From Verrucomicrobiales bacterium (GTDB taxonomy: Bacteria; Verrucomicrobiota; Verrucomicrobiia; Verrucomicrobiales; V1-33), in the NCBI GenBank assembly GCA_031411295.1, contig JANOAV010000150.1, positions 1-64,000 on the forward strand: a DNA stretch of 64,000 nucleotides. Direction: 5' to 3'. Of the stretch, positions 8,594 through 17,709 are shown piece after piece. The stretch's first letter is position 1; every line of letters starts with the position of its first letter. The position numbers and the translations under genes were made by a program. The notes below the pieces were generated by a model. That model was not told the origin of the DNA. It searched no databases and was given only the letters and a program-made list of their open reading frames with translations.

Positions 8594-10786
8594 ATGAGAA
8601 TAAATCTATTAGCAATCCTAGGCATGGGACTGGCGCCGCTCAGCATGGGCGCGGAGGAAGCGTCGCCAGCAGTGGATAAATTGGCCGAACAAGTGCGTCC
8701 TTCGGTGTTGACGGTGATTAACGCAGGCCGGGAGGGACTGGCGCAGGGACTGGGAACCGGCTTCGTCATTTCTAAAGACGGCTTGGTGGTGACAAATTTA
8801 CATGTGGTGGGGGAGGCAAGGCCGATTCAGGTCGAACTGCAGGACGGGAGACGGCCGAAGGTGACTGAAGTGGTGGGGTGGTCCCGGAAGGATGATCTGA
8901 TTGTCTTTCGCATTGATGCACTGGATGTGCCGCCGTTACGGCTGGGTCCAGGAGTGGCCTTAACCCAGGGAGCTGCGGTGGTGGCGATGGGGAATCCCTT
9001 GGGCCTGCGTTACAGTGTCGTGAGCGGGGTCGTCTCTGCGGTTCGTGAAGTGGAGGGTCAGGAGTTGATTCAGTTGGCCATGCCAATTGAGAAAGGGAAC
9101 TCGGGTGGTCCCTTGGTGGATCTGGAGGGGAGGCTGCGGGGGGTGATCAATATGAAATCCGCCGTGACGGATAATCTCGGCTACGCCATTCCCGTGGCCA
9201 CGTTGCAGGCGATGCTGGCGCATCCGAGTCCGGTGAAAATAGAGCATTGGCTGACGATTGGACGGCTCAATGACAAGCTCTGGAAGCCAATGGACGGCGC
9301 TTGGCGGCAGCGGGCTGGCCATATCCTGGCGCAGGGATCCGGAGAGGGTTTCGGCGGTCGCACCTATTGTGTGTCTCAAGCCGAGGTCCCGGAACTTCCC
9401 TTCGAGGTGGCGGTAAAAGTGAAGTTTGACGACGTGGGAGGCGCGGCCGGGTTGATCTTCTGCGCGAAGGAGGAGGACACCCACTACGGGTTCTATCCCA
9501 CCAATGGCCAGCTCAGGTTGACCCGGTTCGAAGGGCCCGAGCTATCCCAATGGTCGATTTTACAGGATGCAGAGAGTAAGGCGTATCGGCCCAAAGAATG
9601 GAATCTGCTCAGTGTGCGCGTGGAGGCCGAGGAGATTCACTGTTTCGTCAATGGACAATTGGTGTTCAAGGTGCGCGATGCTTACCTGCGTGGGGGCAAA
9701 GTGGGGTTGTGTAAATTTCGCCAAACCGAACCTGAATTCAAAGAGTTCCGATTCGGCAAAGATCTGGTGGCGCCACCGAATGAGGCGGCCCACGCGGAAT
9801 GGCATCAGGTGTTGGGGGCGCTCGCGAAGGGCGAGACTCCGGCCAGCAGCTCGATTCAATTGTTGAGCAAGGATGTGGCGCTGTCCCATGCGCTGATTGA
9901 GCAGGAAACCCAGGCTTTGGCGAAGCGCATGGAGGATCTGCAACGACTGGCCAGCCGGGTGCATGAGGAGTCCATTCTGGCGGCCTTGAAGAAAGTGCTC
10001 GCGCCTGAAAAGGACGACGCGATTAATTTGGCGGAAGCGACGCTCCTAATTGCCAAGCTGGATAATCCGGAGTTGGGAGTAAAGGACTATCTGGCGGAGT
10101 TGGATCGGATGGGGGCAGAATTTAAAGCCTCGCTGAGCCCGGAGGAGCAAACCTCGCCCTTGCTGGCCACGCGGCGGTTGGTGACTTGGTTATTCGCGGA
10201 GCGTGGGTTCCACGGAAGTCAGGATGACTACGAGAGTAAATCAAACAGCTATTTAAATGAGGTGATGGATGATCGCGAGGGTTTGCCGATCTCGCTTTCG
10301 GTGCTGTTCTTGGAAATTGCCTGGCGGGCAGGTCTGCCCGTAGCTGGAATTCCGTTGCCCGGGCATTTTGTGGTGCAGCTTCGTCCGCTGGAAGCTCCCG
10401 CTTCCGGTCCGTATTTCGATGCGTTCAACCGCGGTCAGGAATTGAATCGAGAGCAAGCGATGGCGTTGGCTGGTTCGGGTGCTGGCAAATTGACTCTCAC
10501 CGAGGACATCGCGCCAGCGACGAAACGGGAAATTCTGGCCCGCATTTTGCGCAATCTCTTGGGCAGCCAGGGGATGAGCCAGCCTCAGTTGGCCCTGCCT
10601 TACCTGAATCTACTGCTGGCGATCAAACCTGGAGATGCCCAAGATCGCCTTACCAGGGCGATCATGTTATTCAAGAATCAACAAACCAAGGAAGCGCGGG
10701 CGGATGTCCAGTGGCTATTGGACAAGAGGCCTACCGGCTTTGACTTGGATCGTCTGGAAGCGTGGATGGAACAGCTGCCGGAGTAG
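8594..10786 (+). CDS. Trypsin-like (HtrA-type) serine protease fused to a DUF1080-like domain and a SirB1/transglutaminase-like + TPR domain
   Basis: Likely start MRINLLAIL. Motifs GTGFVI, TNLHVV and GNSGGP (catalytic Ser). C-terminal NSYLNEVMDDREGLPISLS and LPGHF. Confidence 0.8.
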   Translation: MRINLLAILGMGLAPLSMGAEEASPAVDKLAEQVRPSVLTVINAGREGLAQGLGTGFVISKDGLVVTNLHVVGEARPIQVELQDGRRPKVTEVVGWSRKDDLIVFRIDALDVPPLRLGPGVALTQGAAVVAMGNPLGLRYSVVSGVVSAVREVEGQELIQLAMPIEKGNSGGPLVDLEGRLRGVINMKSAVTDNLGYAIPVATLQAMLAHPSPVKIEHWLTIGRLNDKLWKPMDGAWRQRAGHILAQGSGEGFGGRTYCVSQAEVPELPFEVAVKVKFDDVGGAAGLIFCAKEEDTHYGFYPTNGQLRLTRFEGPELSQWSILQDAESKAYRPKEWNLLSVRVEAEEIHCFVNGQLVFKVRDAYLRGGKVGLCKFRQTEPEFKEFRFGKDLVAPPNEAAHAEWHQVLGALAKGETPASSSIQLLSKDVALSHALIEQETQALAKRMEDLQRLASRVHEESILAALKKVLAPEKDDAINLAEATLLIAKLDNPELGVKDYLAELDRMGAEFKASLSPEEQTSPLLATRRLVTWLFAERGFHGSQDDYESKSNSYLNEVMDDREGLPISLSVLFLEIAWRAGLPVAGIPLPGHFVVQLRPLEAPASGPYFDAFNRGQELNREQAMALAGSGAGKLTLTEDIAPATKREILARILRNLLGSQGMSQPQLALPYLNLLLAIKPGDAQDRLTRAIMLFKNQQTKEARADVQWLLDKRPTGFDLDRLEAWMEQLPE

Positions 10787-10802
10787 ATCTGCTGAGGCTT
10801 CC

Positions 10803-13800
10803 TCACTGCATTTGCGTCACCTTCACATGGATGAACCAGCGCTGCATAGTGTCCACGGTGGTGGCGCTGCGCCAGATTTCGGTGGTCGTGCCGTCGTTGT
10901 TGTTGGTGCTACTAACTAACACGGCTCCGCCGGTCCAGGCGCTTAGGTCGGTGGAGAACTCGGGCGTGTAAGTGAGATCATCACGCACTATGGGGCGGGT
11001 GAAGGTGGCGGTGAGGTAGGTGCCGGCAGTGGGGACGACCGGAGTGGTAAGGGTTGTGAAGCTGCCGATCGGCAGTTGGGTGCCGCTGTCGTTGGGGGTG
11101 CTGGCATTTCCGCCGAAGGCATATTCCAAGCGGTTGATGATGCCGTCGTTGTCGTCGTCGGCATCGGCATTGGTGGTGGCTCCGGTGGCAGCAGCCCAAA
11201 TGGCGTAAGTGTAGGGATCATCTGCGCCTGGAGTGCCGCCAATGGTGTAGCTGGGGCGCCAGTTGGTGGGGATGGCATGATCCGGATTGGTGGCCGGGGA
11301 AACTAGCACCACGGTGCGCCCATTGCCGTTGGCTCCGGCGGGCCCCGGATCGGAGGTGGCATAGGTCCAGTCTTTGACGGCGGCACCAGCTCCGTAGCTG
11401 AGTTTGATTTGCTCTCCACTATCAGACAGTTTATCCGGCGTGTAAACGCCGGCAATGATGCTAGTGGAAACGGTCGGGTAACGGCTGAGGAACGCGGCTT
11501 GATTGCGGACCACGAGTTTGAAGCCGTTGGCGGGAATCGTCATGCTCGCAGGAAAATTGAAGTCCACGCCCTTGGTGAAGCGCGCATCTGTAAGATCGAC
11601 GGTCAGGTTGGTGATGTTCTTGACTTCGATGAACTCAAAATCGTCCGTGGTATATCCCGCCGTCGTTTCCGCCAGCGTGGCAGGGGATGGCTTGTAGTTG
11701 TATTCGGAAATAACTAACGAGTTGGTCAGCACGCTGATGTCCGCCGGAGCCACGATGAACTGGGCGGGCTCCGACCAATAGGAATAACGGCCAGTGGTGT
11801 CCTTGTGGCGCACCCGCACGCGATACGTGCTGCCCACGCGGGCATAGGTGGCGGGCACCCGCACGCTGGCAATGCTGGTGGGACTGCTGGTGGCGATGTC
11901 TCCTGAATTCCAGACTTGTTCGATTTCGTAAACTCGTGGCTGCGTGGCGTCATAACCAGGAATGCCGGGAGCGGAGATTTCTGCCAGGCGGAATTGCACG
12001 GCGGCAATGGCTGCGCCACCGGATGGCGTGCTGAAGTCACCGCTGGTGAAGGTGAGGTTGTTCGCTGGAGCGCCCGGAGAACCGGTGTAAGTGAGGGTGG
12101 GCTTGTTGGGAAAGAGCAGGTCAGCATTGACTGCGGTGGGATTCGTCACTGCGTTGAAGTAGCCGCCATAGATGCCTTCCCATTCGAGGTATTTGTAACC
12201 ATAACCCTTCTGGCGGTAAATATCCGGGTCCGCTCCGGTGCCACTGCCGGTGGTGGCTTTGCGCAGCCACGCGGGAGCAGCGGTGGGATAAGTGCTGGTG
12301 GCGTAGTTCGTGAGATATTCCACGATGCCTTCATGGTCGGAGAAGCCATCGCCATCCGGATCATTGAGATTGCGAACCCAAGTGCCCGTCTGGGTGGTGC
12401 CGCCCAAGCCGCCACGGGTTCCGTCAAGGAACAACGAACGATAGAACAAGCCCTTGGGATTATTCTGCCCGGTGTTGGCTCCACTACCAGTGGTCTTGGG
12501 ATGGAGATTCCACATGGCCGCATCCGCATCCGCCCATGTTAAGGGTTGGCCCGCGGGGTTCACCATTTGGGAATATTCATCCAGTAACTGCCCGATCTGA
12601 CCGCCGTTAGAGTCGGCGTCACTCCCCAGCAGACTCAATACTTCCCGACACCGATTCCGATACTCCAGAGCAATGGCTGGATAGCGCATCATGGCCCGCA
12701 CCGTCAAGGGAGCGCCTGCGACTGTGATGCCATCCATGGCCCCGCCCCAGTGGTGCGCCGGGATGAACATCATGTCCAAATCATACGGCATTGCGACCCA
12801 GCGGTTATCCGATGAACGATGGTAGTAGCGGAAATTATCGCCTGGGCGCACGTCAATGTTTCCGATCAACCGCCCCACGGCCATGAGCGTGTAGAGCGAG
12901 TTCAGATCCAAATTATCCCGATACCATTGCTCAGGATTGCCAGTGACCGCACTGGTGCCAAGTTGCGCCCCGTCCCGGAAGGTATTCCAGTCAGATGCGT
13001 CCACTGGTTGGGTGGGACCTTGGTTTTTCTTGTCTCCGGCACTGCCTTCAATGGAATAAACATTGCCGCTCGGCAGGTTTCTTTCTTTGATGAAATTATT
13101 CTCCATGGGCTCCAAGGATAAATACAAGCCCCAGAAATCGCCCGCATACTGACCATCGCCAGCGGCCGCAAAGGATGCGTCGGTGACACTCGTTCCCGGT
13201 GCCCCCACTTCCGTGGCCCCATCGATCACGCGCCAGTGAACATACGTTGTCCGCAGCGCTGGATTCCCCGCCAGATCAAACGCGCGATACGATGCCGCTT
13301 CCTCCACTCCAGCCGCTCCCCGATGCACCGTGGCCCATGGCGAGGCGTTAGCATCCAGTGACATGTTATTCCAAGTCTGGTCAAACTTCTTCCCCCAGTT
13401 ATCCCGCATCTCCAAATTCCGCGCGCGATTGAAGAAAATATTCCATTTATTTTTCCCGGTGTTGTAGGTGGATCCAATGCCGCGGTTCGTGAAGAGGATG
13501 TGATCATAGACCACGCCATCATAGACGAGACAGCCATTGAAGCGGACTCCGTTGGAGCCGGCAACATATTGGCAACTGTTCACATCCGTCGCCACCGCCA
13601 GCAAATGCCAGGGCGGCAAGGTGCTCAGCAGTTGGGAGGAATACGTCTGGAGCGGCGTGATGGGTGGAGTGAACGCGGTGGAACCGCTCAGAGCAAAGGC
13701 GGTGGGCCGCAGTGCGCCTTGCCAGGCCGGAATGCCATTATAGACGAAATAGGCAAAGTTTAACTGCTCATCATCCGCATAAGGCACGGTGATACTGTTA

Positions 13801-16800
13801 TTCAAACCATCCGTGACCACGATCCGATAGCGCACGAGGCGACGATGCGTTTGCACCGCAGGGGGCACGGTGCAGGTAAAGAGCGAATCGCCCGCCACGG
13901 CATCCCCATTGATGCCGGTGTCATTCATGATTAGGTTCGTCCAACTCGTGGTATAAGCGGCGTCCGTCTTGCGGATGAAATTTCCCGGATCCACCGTCTG
14001 GTATTGCAGCGTGACACTACCCACACCATCGGGATCGGTCACGCGAGCCGTTATCACCACGGCATCATTGGCCTTCGGTGCATTGGGTAAATGCTGCACG
14101 TCCCGAATCGCGGGCGGAGCCGCTGAGGCCGTGGTCAACGCTGGTGGAGTGGCGTTGATGCTTGGGGTGGAAATGGGATACCCAAAGTTAACGGCACCCG
14201 GTGTCACGATGGCCGCGCGCCACGAAGCCCCCAGAGTGTTATCCAAATTAGGATGCTGAAGCGAAGTCGAGAGCGAGGTGAGGTGCGTTTGCGCGGTCGT
14301 GGGAAACGTTTGCCCCTTGGATCCCGTTGGCCAAGGGAAACCCGCCTTGTAGTCCACGCTGTCCACGAGGAGACCGCCCGGATTATACAACGTAATCGTG
14401 CCGGAACCATTGCTGAGGCTATGGTCCGGTGGACTGGTGCTAACGACTCCGTTGCGCGCCCACGGTCCCACCCGTTTGCCGACGGGGCAAATGGTGCCGT
14501 AAGCCGCATCAAACGCCGCAGGGCTCAAGACCACCACCAGATAATCTCCGGCGCCAATGCTGACACTGCCGAAGTTGTAAATCAGGGTGCCGCCGATGCG
14601 CCATCCGCTCAGATTAATCGGGCTGGCAGTAGGATTGTAAATTTCCACGTATTCCGTCCAGTAAGTGGCGTTGATCGGATCGAAGAAAATTTCATTGATG
14701 ATGAGATTGGAAGCCACGTCGGTGGCTGGTGTAGTGAAGGAGAGCGTAGAGCCCGCCCAGTCAGAGCCTGCGCTGTTTTGCGCGAAGGCGCGGAAATAAT
14801 AAGTCGTGTTGGGGGTGAGCCCTGTCAGCACGCGTTCGAAATTTCCAGAGTCAATGCCGACCGTGGTGACATTCGTCCAACTGGCAGCCACCGTGCCGCC
14901 ATCCGTGGTTCCCCAATAGAATCTCACAGTGGGAGCCTCATCACCTGTGCTCGTGACTTCCCCCCGCAGATCCGCGATGGTGCTGGTGACGTTGGTCGCA
15001 TCTCTCGTGGCGACTTTTGGCTTCGTGATGACATCGGTGGTGAAGGTCAGGGTGGCACCCCAACCCGTGCCAGCCCCATTGGTGGCCGCTGCGCGGAAAT
15101 AATAGACCGTGCCAGCAGTTAGCCCCGTCAGATCCACCGACGTTTTCCCCGCCTGCAAGCCCACGCTCACATTGCTGGTCCAGTTGGCGGGCACGCCGAG
15201 TCCGTCAGTAGTGCCATAGTAAAATTTCACGGTCGGGGCGTCGTTGCCCGTCGCAGTGACATTGCCATTTAAGGTCACGGACGTTAGATCCACGTTGGTT
15301 GCTGCTGCCGTGGTAATGGCAGGCAAGGAAGCCGCCGCCGTCGTGAAGGTCCCGGAAGCCGGAGCCCAACCCGTGCCGCCCACACCCGTGCCGCTGGCGC
15401 GGAAAAAATACAGTTGGTTTGCCAGCAAGCCCGTCACCACGCGGCTGAACGCAGCCGTTTGCTGACCGAAGTCAATCGAGTTAGCCCAGTTGGCCACCGT
15501 GGTGCCCCCGTCAGTGACGCCATAATAAATTTTCGTAACTGGCGTGACCCCACCCGTGGACACCACATTGCCGCCGAGCTTCGCTGACGAAGCACCGATT
15601 TGTGTGGGAGTCAGATTTGCCATCGTGGGCGGCAGCACCAACGTGGTAAATGTCTGTGCGGGCGCGGACCAAGTGGTGCCCGTGGCATTCACCGCTCTAA
15701 CGCGATAGAAGTAGGGCGTGTTGGCCACCAGTCCCGTGATATTATTGCTAAATGTGCCCGTCTGCGTGCCTGCTACCGTAAAGTTACCACTGCCTGTGCC
15801 CGTCCACTTTGTCGTGTCGGAACCACCGTCCGTCGGTCCCCAGAAGAACGTTACGGTGGGGGCAGCAGAGCCTACTTGAGTCACCTGGCCGTTGATGGTA
15901 GCGGTGGTGGAAGCTAGGTTGGTGGCTGCAGGAGTGATCACGCCGGGCAGATTGGGATCCATAGCCAAGGTCTCCAGACGCACATTGTCGAAATGAGACC
16001 GCCCCGTGCCACGGCATTGCAACATGACGCGGATATTTTTCCCCACCGCAGGAGAACCCGGTGGGATATAGACAATAGCCGGATTCACTGCGTCGGCAAA
16101 GGTTCCGGCCGTAACCACCGGAGCCACAGTGACGTTCTGGGATTTCACATCGTAAATATTTCCCAGCGTATCTTGAATCGCATACTGGGAACTGTTAGCC
16201 GCGTTCGTCTGCCCGGTGCGGTTCCCTAACGCCACCCGCAGGCGATACCCCTTGCCCGCTTGGAAGGTGTGCGGGGTGTTTTGCCAGACATCATAGGGCG
16301 GAACTTGAGTCATCAGGTATTGGCGATTATTCCCCACTCCCGGGGTGGTGGCGAAGAGCGTGGCTGCGGAATACTCACAAGCTCCATTGCCATTCCCGTA
16401 GCCCCCGGACTCCAGCCAGGAGCCGCCCAGATTGTTGGACCAACTGGTGCCGGTAGTGCCCATGGCTGGATCTTCAAAACTGAAATTCTGGATTTCCAAA
16501 TTCCCTCCCGTGGAAAATTTTCCAGTGGTGTTAGACCACGTCGTGCCCGTGGTATTGGTGGCCCTGATGCGATAATAATAGAAGCTAGCCGCTGTCAACC
16601 CCGTGACATTGGCGGAGAAGGCCCCGGTTGGGGTGCCTGCGACCACCACATTACTGAGCCACTTGGTCGTGTCGGTATTGCCATCCTGCAGGCCGTAGTA
16701 AATGGTCACGGTGGGGGCGTTGGAACCCACTTGGGTGACGGTGCCGTTTAAAGTGGCAGTGCTGGCGGTTTCCAGCGTGGGACCAGTCGAAATAACGCCG

Positions 16801-17438
16801 GGCAGATTCGCGTTCATCGGGGAGGCATCCAGCCGAATGTTATCGAAATGAGAGCGCGCGTTTGCCAATAGCGTAGCTCCAATCTGTCCCCGTGCCTTCA
16901 ATAGCACCCTGATATTTTTTCCCACCAAAGCAGATCCCGTGGGCACATGCACCACGACTGCGGGACCGTCGGCAAAGGTATTCACCGTGATGGTCGAGGC
17001 ATTGACTCCCGCGGAATCCAAGTAATCCCCAGTGGTGGCATCCGCCAATCCATAGACCGAAAGGTTGTTCGCGTTCGTCCAGGTGGAGCGATTTCCAATC
17101 GCCACCGTCAGGGTGTAAGTATTCCCCGCCGCAAACGTGGTTGGCAGATCCTGCCACACATCATACATCAGGTTCATCCCCAGATACTGCCGATTGTTGC
17201 CCTCGCCCGGAGTGTTGGCCGCCGTCACGGTGGAAACATTTTCGATAAACGTCTGGCCATTATTTCCCAGCACGCCGGTCCAGTTGTAATTGCTGATAGC
17301 ATTATCGGCCACATTGAGCGCCAGGTTCGGCGTTTCAAAGCTGAAATTTGGCACCGTAACGGGGGCCGCGAGCACGTGAAATGCGGATGCCATGACGGCA
17401 GCCGAAATCAACGCCTTTGAGGAAAGGATGATTTTCAT
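10803..17438 (-). CDS. Giant secreted protein (2211 aa): carbohydrate-binding-like domains, ~5 FN3-like repeats, lamin-tail domains and a CotH-kinase-like domain
   Basis: Signal peptide. NFSFE domain twice. Repeats ATLNG.VT..G...PTV.FYWG.TDG. LIINEIFFDP...EYVEIYN and LVISEYNY...EFIEVKN (LTD). DNFRYYH...WVAMPYDLD (CotH-like). Confidence 0.8.
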   Translation of the reverse strand: MKIILSSKALISAAVMASAFHVLAAPVTVPNFSFETPNLALNVADNAISNYNWTGVLGNNGQTFIENVSTVTAANTPGEGNNRQYLGMNLMYDVWQDLPTTFAAGNTYTLTVAIGNRSTWTNANNLSVYGLADATTGDYLDSAGVNASTITVNTFADGPAVVVHVPTGSALVGKNIRVLLKARGQIGATLLANARSHFDNIRLDASPMNANLPGVISTGPTLETASTATLNGTVTQVGSNAPTVTIYYGLQDGNTDTTKWLSNVVVAGTPTGAFSANVTGLTAASFYYYRIRATNTTGTTWSNTTGKFSTGGNLEIQNFSFEDPAMGTTGTSWSNNLGGSWLESGGYGNGNGACEYSAATLFATTPGVGNNRQYLMTQVPPYDVWQNTPHTFQAGKGYRLRVALGNRTGQTNAANSSQYAIQDTLGNIYDVKSQNVTVAPVVTAGTFADAVNPAIVYIPPGSPAVGKNIRVMLQCRGTGRSHFDNVRLETLAMDPNLPGVITPAATNLASTTATINGQVTQVGSAAPTVTFFWGPTDGGSDTTKWTGTGSGNFTVAGTQTGTFSNNITGLVANTPYFYRVRAVNATGTTWSAPAQTFTTLVLPPTMANLTPTQIGASSAKLGGNVVSTGGVTPVTKIYYGVTDGGTTVANWANSIDFGQQTAAFSRVVTGLLANQLYFFRASGTGVGGTGWAPASGTFTTAAASLPAITTAAATNVDLTSVTLNGNVTATGNDAPTVKFYYGTTDGLGVPANWTSNVSVGLQAGKTSVDLTGLTAGTVYYFRAAATNGAGTGWGATLTFTTDVITKPKVATRDATNVTSTIADLRGEVTSTGDEAPTVRFYWGTTDGGTVAASWTNVTTVGIDSGNFERVLTGLTPNTTYYFRAFAQNSAGSDWAGSTLSFTTPATDVASNLIINEIFFDPINATYWTEYVEIYNPTASPINLSGWRIGGTLIYNFGSVSIGAGDYLVVVLSPAAFDAAYGTICPVGKRVGPWARNGVVSTSPPDHSLSNGSGTITLYNPGGLLVDSVDYKAGFPWPTGSKGQTFPTTAQTHLTSLSTSLQHPNLDNTLGASWRAAIVTPGAVNFGYPISTPSINATPPALTTASAAPPAIRDVQHLPNAPKANDAVVITARVTDPDGVGSVTLQYQTVDPGNFIRKTDAAYTTSWTNLIMNDTGINGDAVAGDSLFTCTVPPAVQTHRRLVRYRIVVTDGLNNSITVPYADDEQLNFAYFVYNGIPAWQGALRPTAFALSGSTAFTPPITPLQTYSSQLLSTLPPWHLLAVATDVNSCQYVAGSNGVRFNGCLVYDGVVYDHILFTNRGIGSTYNTGKNKWNIFFNRARNLEMRDNWGKKFDQTWNNMSLDANASPWATVHRGAAGVEEAASYRAFDLAGNPALRTTYVHWRVIDGATEVGAPGTSVTDASFAAAGDGQYAGDFWGLYLSLEPMENNFIKERNLPSGNVYSIEGSAGDKKNQGPTQPVDASDWNTFRDGAQLGTSAVTGNPEQWYRDNLDLNSLYTLMAVGRLIGNIDVRPGDNFRYYHRSSDNRWVAMPYDLDMMFIPAHHWGGAMDGITVAGAPLTVRAMMRYPAIALEYRNRCREVLSLLGSDADSNGGQIGQLLDEYSQMVNPAGQPLTWADADAAMWNLHPKTTGSGANTGQNNPKGLFYRSLFLDGTRGGLGGTTQTGTWVRNLNDPDGDGFSDHEGIVEYLTNYATSTYPTAAPAWLRKATTGSGTGADPDIYRQKGYGYKYLEWEGIYGGYFNAVTNPTAVNADLLFPNKPTLTYTGSPGAPANNLTFTSGDFSTPSGGAAIAAVQFRLAEISAPGIPGYDATQPRVYEIEQVWNSGDIATSSPTSIASVRVPATYARVGSTYRVRVRHKDTTGRYSYWSEPAQFIVAPADISVLTNSLVISEYNYKPSPATLAETTAGYTTDDFEFIEVKNITNLTVDLTDARFTKGVDFNFPASMTIPANGFKLVVRNQAAFLSRYPTVSTSIIAGVYTPDKLSDSGEQIKLSYGAGAAVKDWTYATSDPGPAGANGNGRTVVLVSPATNPDHAIPTNWRPSYTIGGTPGADDPYTYAIWAAATGATTNADADDDNDGIINRLEYAFGGNASTPNDSGTQLPIGSFTTLTTPVVPTAGTYLTATFTRPIVRDDLTYTPEFSTDLSAWTGGAVLVSSTNNNDGTTTEIWRSATTVDTMQRWFIHVKVTQMQ

Positions 17439-17709
17439 GAGAATGCTAGGGGACTGAATTGACGAACGCGGGAAGAGGCGAGAGCAATGGGGTATTACTC
17501 AAGGCCCAGAGCGGTTGTAACAAAATGGGAGCCAAGGGGCAAGATTAATTTTGTCGTGGTCTTAATGTCGAACTCCGGATGGAGACCGTTTGGCTTTCAT
17601 CTGCGGCAGGCCGAATTTGGAAAGGTTGTCCTGACAGCGCTTTAACCTCAAAAAACGGGTTGAGAAGCTCACCAACTTTGTAAGAGTAGAGACGGCTGAT
17701 TTTATTATT

